From positions 12,735 to 76,734 of the forward strand of contig WARW01000001.1 in NCBI GenBank assembly GCA_013387215.1: a stretch of DNA of 64,000 bases, read 5' to 3'. Source of the stretch: Patescibacteria group bacterium. Lineage in GTDB: Bacteria; Patescibacteriota; Microgenomatia; UBA12405. The notes under the pieces were generated by a model. The model searched no databases. It saw only the letters and a list, made by a program, of their open reading frames with translations, and was not told where the DNA came from. The position numbers and the translations under genes were made by a program. Positions 29,042 to 36,866 of the stretch are shown piece after piece; the first letter of the stretch is position 1, and every line of letters starts with the position of its first letter.

Positions 29042-30853
29042 ATGTCAAGAAACATTGAGAGTCCAAGTTTCGTACAAATCAAAGAAGCTTTGGCTTGTCC
29101 GCATATTCAAAAAACCGCTCGCCCTATTGGTGTCGACTTGTTTTATTCGGATCTGGAAAGTGCTAAGGAAAGAAGACAGCTTTTGGAAAAAATGAGCCAT
29201 CTTTTTGATCAGATTCCAGACCTAAACATGGATGTCGATACCGCTTTAAAAAATAATTTAATTAGCTCTGAAAACTTATCTAATGTTTATCAGGATTTAT
29301 CTGATTTCATCAGCTCAGATTCCAATCATTCTCGTTTAGCTTTATATCTGCCTTTCCAAATTATTCCCAATTTAAATCCAGACAATTCAAAAAATATAAC
29401 CGAATCTCAGGTTAAATTTGCTAACGTCTATAAAAATGCTTGGATGCAATTGTTGTTTGAAAGTGATATTCGGGCGGATTTTTTAAACGGAGACACATTA
29501 GAACCAGGCCTAGGCGAACCAGCTCGAGTCAGAAAAGCAGCCCATTTAATACCGGAAATTTTAAAAAAGGGAATTATTGATAAAGAAGATATTGACTTAA
29601 TATTAGAAATAAATAAATCAGATGATGAATTATGCCATTCAATTAACGAAGGAGTAATTGCCTACGAGAAATTAAATAAATCAGAAAAATCTGAGGAAAC
29701 TTCAGAAATTTTTGATTTAGATAATTTAAAAAAAGAACTGGCTCTTATTGATAAAAATTACGGACCAAATTCAGAAAATATTTCCAAATTAAGTCTAAAG
29801 GAAAAATACGATTCGCCCAATCTGCTTGATTCAAAAATCAGCCAAGAAAGAGCTGCTTGGATAAGAAGAACTAAATATGGAGAAACTTTAAATAAATATG
29901 CCCAAAAAATTCATAATTTTAATACCATTGATTCTTTATTAGAAGCAGATGAACCAGTCTATAAAATACTTGGCTTAAAAGCGATTTTTAATCAAAATCA
30001 ACCGACTGATATCTTTGATAAATTAATTGAGGAACAGTGGTTGACTGGTAATAATCAAATCAAGGAAGCAATAATTACCGGCCTAAGTTATTGGCAAAAA
30101 AATAATCTAATTTCTTCACATTACCTAGATCGATTCGGAATTAAAATTCCTGATTTATCACAACCGTTTTCAGTTGATTTAGATAAATTAATTTTGTCCG
30201 ACCTTAAAAATATGACAGAGGCTGTAGAAGGAATTAAAAATGAATCAATTCTTTCTGAAAATATTTATCCAACCATATTAGTATTTGGATCAAGAGTCAA
30301 AGGATATTCTGGTCTTGATTCTGATTATGATATCGCTGTCTTTTTTAAACCAAACGCCTTAATTGATAACCGGAATTCAATTCTTCAATCAATCAAAGCG
30401 ATTCCTTCATTAAAAGAAGTAGGGAAGATATGTGAATTTTGGACAACCGAAAATGATGGAAAAATAGGTCTTAGACCAATCTCAGAAAAAGTTTGGGGCA
30501 TGATTGGACCGGAACAAATTCACTTTTTATTTGGAGGTGCTTGGATTGGTGATAAAACCGATATAAATAAAATACAGCAGGATCTTTTGGAAAAATATTG
30601 TGATTTATCAAGATTTGACCATCAAAAAGATTTGGTACGATCTCGCTTGCTGGGTAATTTAGAATACGATATTCTTCAATGCCGTCTTATGCATAAGGGG
30701 TATCGAAAATTTTATCCTGATAAAATTGATCCGAAAATTAAAAGTATAAACGCTATTGATGGAAATAGTGCCTTTTGGGATCCTGGGTTTAGACGAGTGG
30801 CAACGCAACTTTTTTTGAGTAGAGTATTTTTACCTGATTTATCGGGTAAATAA
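29042..30853 (+). CDS. Large protein with a C-terminal Pol-beta-superfamily nucleotidyltransferase domain. The N-terminal ~400 aa are unknown.
   Basis: GS-x9-DxD motif ILVFGSRVKGYSGLDSDYDIAVFF (MNT/KNTase-like). Convergent with the PurA-like operon, with a 15-nt overlap. Confidence 0.55.
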   Translation: MSRNIESPSFVQIKEALACPHIQKTARPIGVDLFYSDLESAKERRQLLEKMSHLFDQIPDLNMDVDTALKNNLISSENLSNVYQDLSDFISSDSNHSRLALYLPFQIIPNLNPDNSKNITESQVKFANVYKNAWMQLLFESDIRADFLNGDTLEPGLGEPARVRKAAHLIPEILKKGIIDKEDIDLILEINKSDDELCHSINEGVIAYEKLNKSEKSEETSEIFDLDNLKKELALIDKNYGPNSENISKLSLKEKYDSPNLLDSKISQERAAWIRRTKYGETLNKYAQKIHNFNTIDSLLEADEPVYKILGLKAIFNQNQPTDIFDKLIEEQWLTGNNQIKEAIITGLSYWQKNNLISSHYLDRFGIKIPDLSQPFSVDLDKLILSDLKNMTEAVEGIKNESILSENIYPTILVFGSRVKGYSGLDSDYDIAVFFKPNALIDNRNSILQSIKAIPSLKEVGKICEFWTTENDGKIGLRPISEKVWGMIGPEQIHFLFGGAWIGDKTDINKIQQDLLEKYCDLSRFDHQKDLVRSRLLGNLEYDILQCRLMHKGYRKFYPDKIDPKIKSINAIDGNSAFWDPGFRRVATQLFLSRVFLPDLSGK

Positions 30854-32290
30854 GTATTCGTATCCTGATCTTATTTTTCTATCTTTTGCTTTTGGTCCCC
30901 ATCCTTCAGCCACTACTGGAATTTGGATCTTTTCTTCAACATAATCCAAAAAAGTATCGACCATTGTTTTGTTATTTTCGGGTTTAAGGGTAGATAAAAT
31001 TGGCTGGCATTGATTAAGTAATTTAGTCAATTGCAGTTGGTGTTTATAATGAGCTTCGTCTTGAGTATTAGGATAAATTTTAATTCCAGTAATGATATCG
31101 TTTTCCATTTCAAAGTAGTCTTCCAAATTAGTATTTTCTCCATTAAATTTATAGCCCTCACAAATCTGCCACTCATTTTTTTGAGATAAAACATCAAGAT
31201 AACTGATCATTAGACCGTCAAAAGATTTCTTTCCGCCGCTAATTTCAACAGCATATTTCATGGCCACAATATCATAATTACCATTTCTAAATTCTCCCAG
31301 CCATTCAGTCCAATTATTGTGAGTTTCCTGAATTGAATCAGTCATTTCTCGATTAAAACTAACCAGTGGGCCGGCTCCATGGCGGGTCATATAGCATCGG
31401 CTAACACCAATTCGGACTATCTCCCCTGAATAATTTTGTTTTTGAAGAGTGCCAAGAATATCTTGAGAAGTTGGATCGATTTGAGTAGTGTGAGGAATAA
31501 AGCCGTACCATGGGTGTAAAAGTGCACCATGAGAAGTTTCGCAGACCACTAAACCTTCTTGTGACAGCATTTCATTTAAATAATTATCGTCAACAATTTT
31601 GAACAAATCGGCAGTGTATTTGAATGATTTGGCAGTTGATCCAACAAAACTTTGATCATAAAGTATTTCCAATTGTTCATATGCTTCTTCCGGCAATTGA
31701 TCTAATCCAAGAATTAGTTTTTGAGCTTGTTGAATTTTATTTTGCCGGATATTTTCTATTTTTTGGCACAAAGTTTCTTCATCATCGCTAAAATCGCCGG
31801 CTCTGATTGTTAGTTGTGGATCTTTTGAATCTTTTATGGCTTCGCCAACCCCCATACCAACTGTTCCTTTCTTGTCTTTACCTCGCATAATTTCGCGAAG
31901 TCGGCTTATAGCCCGGTGAAACGGAGTTATGGAAATACATTCTTTATCGATAGTTATTAAATCGAATGGATTTTTTACTCCCTTTTCTTCAACCTCAATA
32001 GCCTCATTAAAGAGATCAGTCGGGCAGATTACCATGTGTTTTAAGTGAGTTTTAGCGCCGTCAAAAGTACCAGCCCCAAAATGGCTAAACATTTGTTCTC
32101 GCCCATCTTCGGCTGTAATATGGTGTCCGGATTGGCAGCCTCCTGATCGCCAAACAGTATGAGCATTAAGCATTTTAGTAAAAGCTTCAACTGTGTTGCC
32201 TTTGGTTTCTTCGCCAATACCTAAACCAGTAACCACAATGACTTTATTTTTGGGCTTTTCAAAATTAATATTTGAAATTATTTCTTTCAT
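30839..32290 (-). CDS. Adenylosuccinate synthetase (PurA)-family protein, divergent paralog 1
   Basis: PurA-like P-loop GLGIGEETKGN (compare GDEGKGK), GGCQSGHH (compare GGHNAGHT), TVGMGVGEAI (compare TTGRGIGP), RHGAGPL (compare RVGAGPFP). The catalytic Asp is replaced by Glu in the P-loop. Confidence 0.65.
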   Translation of the reverse strand: MKEIISNINFEKPKNKVIVVTGLGIGEETKGNTVEAFTKMLNAHTVWRSGGCQSGHHITAEDGREQMFSHFGAGTFDGAKTHLKHMVICPTDLFNEAIEVEEKGVKNPFDLITIDKECISITPFHRAISRLREIMRGKDKKGTVGMGVGEAIKDSKDPQLTIRAGDFSDDEETLCQKIENIRQNKIQQAQKLILGLDQLPEEAYEQLEILYDQSFVGSTAKSFKYTADLFKIVDDNYLNEMLSQEGLVVCETSHGALLHPWYGFIPHTTQIDPTSQDILGTLQKQNYSGEIVRIGVSRCYMTRHGAGPLVSFNREMTDSIQETHNNWTEWLGEFRNGNYDIVAMKYAVEISGGKKSFDGLMISYLDVLSQKNEWQICEGYKFNGENTNLEDYFEMENDIITGIKIYPNTQDEAHYKHQLQLTKLLNQCQPILSTLKPENNKTMVDTFLDYVEEKIQIPVVAEGWGPKAKDRKIRSGYEYLFTR

Positions 32291-32291
32291 A

Positions 32292-32342
32292 AACCTTTCG
32301 TCCTTTTGGACTCATCAGTATCGATACGCATCGATAGAGGTT
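32292..32342 (-). ncRNA. Type III hammerhead ribozyme motif (copy A), immediately 5' of and overlapping the SD of the PurA-like gene
   Basis: The minus strand reads aaccUC | UAUCGAUgcguAUCGAUA CUGAUGA GUCC-AAAA-GGAC GAAA GGUU u AUG. The conserved CUGAUGA and GAAA cores are present. Stem I hairpin 7 bp, stem II 4 bp, stem III 4-5 bp. Cleavage site is UC. Confidence 0.6.
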
Positions 32343-32404
32343 GAATAGCTAAAAGCCAGTCTTTAAATTAATAAAGATAGCTTTCAGCTATTCTGTAAAG
32401 AGTG

Positions 32405-33556
32405 TTAGAACTTATTCCAATTGATTCCGCTTCCAGGCTGTTCATCCTTTATTGGTTGCTCTACAACAGTAGTTGCATCGTGCCCGATAGGCCAAATGTC
32501 GCGAAGATTGGCGAATTTGTCTCCAGGTTTGGGGATTTTATTATATCCGGGTAACTTCGCCTGGGCGCCAAAAAGCGGTTTTGCAACCTGCAGCCATCCC
32601 CATAGACGATTAACATCGCGTTGTGAAATATGATCATTGGAATTGCCAGCCAGCAAGAATTTGTTTAAACCGTCTTCGGTAGGTTGCAGAGTCTCTGTAA
32701 CATAAATTAGCCCTGCTTGAGCTTCGGCAAGTAGGTCAGGGTCAGGAATTGAAATAACTCTGTCTTCACCTAAATATTGCTGCCACCAGTAGATATTTGA
32801 ATTATTATGGCCAACATTAAGGTAAAACAAATGCCATTTTGATATCAGGCTTTCACAAACCTTTTTCAATGAAACCTTTTCGCTTTGCATGGTATGACCT
32901 AAATATCTTTCAACATCATGTTTGGTTACATACTCCCTGCAATCAGCATCAGCACCTAAGAAGAAATAACCTTTAAGACCGTAGTTTATAATGTCGACTT
33001 CTGTCTGATTATCGACATACCACAAACCAAGTTGATAATCTTCTGTCCAATCATCGCCATCTTTATCGGGAACCAATAACTCAACATGTTCAACGGCGCG
33101 ATTATCAGATTCAAATTCGGCCATTTGGAATGGAGGGTGGTCATCTTTTACATCCTGCAGAACGGCAACGGACAGATCTATTTGATATCTATCCTGTAAT
33201 TCTGACAGCATACAATAGACCTTCCCCATTGCCTTAAGAGCAAGTGCTACTTTTTCGCCCATTGAACCGGTTCCGTCTGTTCCTAAGATAGTCGGTAATT
33301 TAATACCTTTTGCCAATATATATATTTTTTTTCCAGCCTCATCCAACAGCACCATCGCGTTACGAGAAAGACGTTTAACACCAAAAATATTAACATTTTG
33401 ATGTAATTTGCCAGTTTTTTTGAAAACTTCATGACCTTTCTCATGAACAGTTTCGGTAAATCTCACCCCTTTCGTTGTTGCTCTTTCTTCCATTTTTCTA
33501 ACGGTTTCTACATGCTTCACTGCATTAAAAGTAGAGGTATCTTGCTTCCTTGCCAT
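32405..33556 (-). CDS. von Willebrand factor A (vWA) domain protein
   Basis: MIDAS motif ILGTDGTGSMG. Size and position are paralogous to the 38215-39762 vWA protein. Confidence 0.55.
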   Translation of the reverse strand: MARKQDTSTFNAVKHVETVRKMEERATTKGVRFTETVHEKGHEVFKKTGKLHQNVNIFGVKRLSRNAMVLLDEAGKKIYILAKGIKLPTILGTDGTGSMGEKVALALKAMGKVYCMLSELQDRYQIDLSVAVLQDVKDDHPPFQMAEFESDNRAVEHVELLVPDKDGDDWTEDYQLGLWYVDNQTEVDIINYGLKGYFFLGADADCREYVTKHDVERYLGHTMQSEKVSLKKVCESLISKWHLFYLNVGHNNSNIYWWQQYLGEDRVISIPDPDLLAEAQAGLIYVTETLQPTEDGLNKFLLAGNSNDHISQRDVNRLWGWLQVAKPLFGAQAKLPGYNKIPKPGDKFANLRDIWPIGHDATTVVEQPIKDEQPGSGINWNKF

Positions 33557-33587
33557 TTAAATCAACCCTTTCTTTTTTTAATTTTTT

Positions 33588-34553
33588 TTACCTTGGATAC
33601 GTCCGAAATTCATGAAATTGTCTTTTTAACCCTTTTCCATCCCAAGTCGGTTCTTTTGGCCAAATTTCATCAGATAGTTTGTAAAGATCATCAAACTCCT
33701 CCCCAGCAGCTTTAGCATCACCATCCATAATTCTTCGTAAGAAAGAAACATACTTATCGTAAGCATCTTTACTCATAATTTCCGAATCATAAGGCGGATT
33801 TGATTTTTCAGTGCCTCCGGCTGCTTCCCAGGCTATTTTTGCCGCTGCCACAACTTCTCGAATCTTATCGGCATAACTCGGATCTCCCTTAGTATTGGAA
33901 AAATCCAGTATAAATACTCCATGAAGTGCAGTTTCGACAAGTTCATTGTCGGCATTAACCAATCCAACCGTTAAATCAAAACTGTGGACAAAATACAGCA
34001 ACTTCAAAAGTTTTCCAAATATCCATTGGACACTTTTCAAATCAACCCTTTCCGTTGCTGTTATTACCGATAGTGGTGTTAATTGTTTATAAGAATTTAT
34101 ATTCTCGTGGTATCCCAAAAACAAAGCTGTTCTGTCTCCGGCGTCAATTTTTTCAATTAACTTCGGAAACATCGATCCGTAAAATGCTGGAGTTTCGTTT
34201 TTGCTTATCGCTTCCTGATCTAGTTCATGAGCAATTCGTTGAAGCTTTTTGAGCGTTAATGCTTCATTGTTAAGAACATTATTGCGCTCACTGCTGTTAA
34301 CGATTTTCATTAATCCGAATTGACTTGATGGTAATTTTGCTGCATAAACTCTAAATACGCTTGTTTGGGCTATTGGTAATGGATTTGGGTTATCTCCGGA
34401 TTTTAAACCGAAAATTTCATACTGGCCATTCAATCCATCGTAAAAACCCATGCTGATTAAATTAGATTCAGCTGGATTTTCACTTGGAACTAATAAGGCG
34501 ACATTTAACACTAAATCCGTTAGCCATCCTGTTGAAGAATCATTTTTTGGCAT
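33588..34553 (-). CDS. Protein-kinase-like protein (Hanks/APH-like fold) with the shared N-terminal WLTDLVL peptide
   Basis: HSFDL...N catalytic-loop-like segment and ILDFSN (DFG-like). N-terminal MPKNDSSTGWLTDLVLNVALLVPSE. Confidence 0.45.
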   Translation of the reverse strand: MPKNDSSTGWLTDLVLNVALLVPSENPAESNLISMGFYDGLNGQYEIFGLKSGDNPNPLPIAQTSVFRVYAAKLPSSQFGLMKIVNSSERNNVLNNEALTLKKLQRIAHELDQEAISKNETPAFYGSMFPKLIEKIDAGDRTALFLGYHENINSYKQLTPLSVITATERVDLKSVQWIFGKLLKLLYFVHSFDLTVGLVNADNELVETALHGVFILDFSNTKGDPSYADKIREVVAAAKIAWEAAGGTEKSNPPYDSEIMSKDAYDKYVSFLRRIMDGDAKAAGEEFDDLYKLSDEIWPKEPTWDGKGLKRQFHEFRTYPR

Positions 34554-34556
34554 TTT

Positions 34557-34754
34557 TCACACCCCTCTCATTAATTCATTCATAAAATATTTCTTAACGT
34601 TTTTTCGTTCTCTAAAGTATTCATGGATGTAGCTTCTTTCTTTAACTTTAAACTCCTTTCTCACCTGACTGATGTCTGACTCTTCAGAAACAGGTAATAA
34701 TGAAGCAAAACATAAAACTAATCCAGTCAGCCATTCCTCAGGTGTTTTTCTCAT
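34557..34754 (-). CDS. Small protein consisting of the shared N-terminal WLTGLVL peptide plus a basic tail
   Basis: MRKTPEEWLTGLVLCFASLLPVSEE matches the N-termini of the two kinase-like proteins. Confidence 0.4.
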   Translation of the reverse strand: MRKTPEEWLTGLVLCFASLLPVSEESDISQVRKEFKVKERSYIHEYFRERKNVKKYFMNELMRGV

Positions 34755-34851
34755 TCCGATTCACCCTTTCTATTACTAACACTTTATTGTTAAAGAACTT
34801 TTAATAAGATCATGACCGCTTTGACCAAGATCTTACCCAGATATCATCCCA

Positions 34852-34905
34852 AATTCCTTTCGTCCTTTTGGACTCATCAGTATCGATACACATCGACAGA
34901 GGATT
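34852..34905 (-). ncRNA. Type III hammerhead ribozyme motif (copy B)
   Basis: The minus strand reads aauccUC | UGUCGAUguguAUCGAUA CUGAUGA GUCC-AAAA-GGAC GAAA GGAAUU. 47/50 identity to copy A in the core. An a-to-g change in stem I makes a G-U wobble. Confidence 0.55.
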
Positions 34906-34975
34906 GGGGGAGTTTGTTTTTTTTATTGAGTATTGATACTCAAAACAAACTCCGCCCGGGACTATCATTTGATTT

Positions 34976-35476
34976 TTAGATTCTAATCCGTGAATCAGCA
35001 GGCCTGATGCCTTTTTGGTAAACCAATTGCATTAGTACCTTTAGTTGCGGACCAAAATCCTTTTTCAGATCTTCAGGCATAGTATTAAGAAACTGGTAGT
35101 CATCCTTGAAAAGAAAGCTAGATAAACTAGTCAATTCCGGATTTTTTTCAACCAGACTCAAATATGCCTCCCTGGTGGCGGTTGTAAACACTTCTTTGGG
35201 AGCACAGGCACGCAGGGTTAAGATGTGAACAGGTTTCATCGTATTCCAACCAGTCTTATGTTCGGAAAACATGTTGGCATCCATACGTTCTGCATTCTCA
35301 AATAACCAAGTGGCAACTTTGGAAACATCTTCCTCTTGAATTATCCTCAGATAATCCCTCAGGAAATCATTACTTGCGAAAGGAATTGCCTCCAGCGGGT
35401 CGGTCCTCCTTAGACAGTTTTTCCCATGGAATCGATGTACCGAGTTGTAACAGGGCAGCAAGATATGCATATTCAT
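34976..35476 (-). CDS. Hypothetical protein. Overlaps the upstream gene by 107 nt in a different frame, so it may be a frameshifted continuation or start at internal Met 35284.
   Basis: ORF track. Protein-like composition continues on both sides of the overlap. Confidence 0.3.
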   Translation of the reverse strand: MNMHILLPCYNSVHRFHGKNCLRRTDPLEAIPFASNDFLRDYLRIIQEEDVSKVATWLFENAERMDANMFSEHKTGWNTMKPVHILTLRACAPKEVFTTATREAYLSLVEKNPELTSLSSFLFKDDYQFLNTMPEDLKKDFGPQLKVLMQLVYQKGIRPADSRIRI

Positions 35477-36521
35477 ATTGGCCAGCTGTTACTTTCGGAT
35501 ATTCCATAATGGACAAAGCATACCTGGTGATACTACGCTCCATTCTGACATAATCAGCTGAAACATTCACATCAAGCATTTTGAGCATCTGTTCTTTGTT
35601 GGCGGCGCCAATTTGAGCTGGTAGGGCTGAATTTTCCAAAACCTCTTTGATTCTGTTGGCATCCAATGCTAAAGCCCTGGCAATCACGATACCTGTGCCG
35701 GCAAAAACCTTGTTGATCTTATCAATCACACCTTCAGCTCCATCGCGCAATGCGCTTGTATCGGGTGGCTGCTGCATCATACCTGCTGGCATTCCTGCTT
35801 GGCCTCCTGTTGCATAAATAGCAAGAGCCATCATTGCTGTAGGAGCTACTCCTTGCTGGTACGAATTAACCCATGACACAACCTGCTGGTTGTACTCGTA
35901 GAGTGCTGGCCAGAGATTCGTCCTGAGTTTATTGAGCAACGCGTCTTTCTTTCCCTGGGTTACGCTGGCACTGTCGATGTCGAGAGCCTGGAAGATTTCT
36001 GCATAATTACGTTTGGTAACCAGTTTCTGCAGCTTGTAGAAATCTTCTCCGCACGGTTCTTCCTGTTCTTCGGCAAATTTTTCCATCCGGTCCATAATGA
36101 TTTTGGGCAATTCGTAAAGACCGCTTTTGTCTGCCAATGTTGCCCTGATGGCTGCAATAATTTCAGTTATGCCGATTTTCAGCTCTCCACCTATTTTCAG
36201 CATGGCTAAAAATGAGGTATCGTCCGGAACCTGTGGCAGAACGTCCATTGACGGTTGAGCTGCTGCTGTTGCAGTTGCTTCAATTTTCGGTTTTTCCTCC
36301 TCTTTGGGTTTGAATGCTGCCGCAATTTTTTTTGCTACCACAGCACCGCATCCGGCATAAGATTTGATCTCGTCGGCTGACAATAAAACCATGTCCGCTT
36401 CAGTCATTACCCCTTCAGTTTCCAGTTTTGCAATTTGGTCTTCTTTAAGTCCGAGCTCGGTTAGCCTCAGTTTCAATGTTTCTTCCATAACAAAATCTCC
36501 CTTCATCTTTGAAATCACCAC
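35370..36521 (-). CDS. Hypothetical Ala/Gln-rich protein with N-terminal helix-hairpin-helix-like module. First gene of the second transcription unit.
   Basis: LTELGLKEDQIAKLETEGVMTEADMVLLSADEIKSYAGCGAVVAKKI (HhH-like). Local GC is noticeably higher than the surroundings. Confidence 0.4.
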   Translation of the reverse strand: MVISKMKGDFVMEETLKLRLTELGLKEDQIAKLETEGVMTEADMVLLSADEIKSYAGCGAVVAKKIAAAFKPKEEEKPKIEATATAAAQPSMDVLPQVPDDTSFLAMLKIGGELKIGITEIIAAIRATLADKSGLYELPKIIMDRMEKFAEEQEEPCGEDFYKLQKLVTKRNYAEIFQALDIDSASVTQGKKDALLNKLRTNLWPALYEYNQQVVSWVNSYQQGVAPTAMMALAIYATGGQAGMPAGMMQQPPDTSALRDGAEGVIDKINKVFAGTGIVIARALALDANRIKEVLENSALPAQIGAANKEQMLKMLDVNVSADYVRMERSITRYALSIMEYPKVTAGQYEYAYLAALLQLGTSIPWEKLSKEDRPAGGNSFRK

Positions 36522-36805
36522 TATACAGTCATATCCATATTTATGACTAATGGCTTGCTGGACACAAATTTTGTACCCAAAAAGCCACTAGTCATTTATA
36601 TTCAAATGATAGTCTTTGTAAAAATTTTTTTCTTTCACCAGCTTTTGGTGTAAATCAAAAAATCCTTACTTTGTTAAAGTGCAAATTTAGCCTATAGCTT
36701 AGCACAAGGGATTGCTGTAGTCAATCAAAAATTATTGATCATTACCGTAATATTTTTCGTAATCATAAAATATAATCATAAACTTATAATAATTAAAATT
36801 TTTAC

Positions 36806-36860
36806 CAAAAAAAACCTCAATTTAGAAATTAATTAGCATTCGCTAAAAAATTTCACCATT
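36806..36860 (-). terminator. Rho-independent terminator after PurA-like paralog 2
   Basis: The minus strand reads accucaaugg...(inner hairpin uagcgaaugcua)...auugaggu followed by UUUUUUUU. Confidence 0.45.
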
Positions 36861-36866
36861 GAGGTA

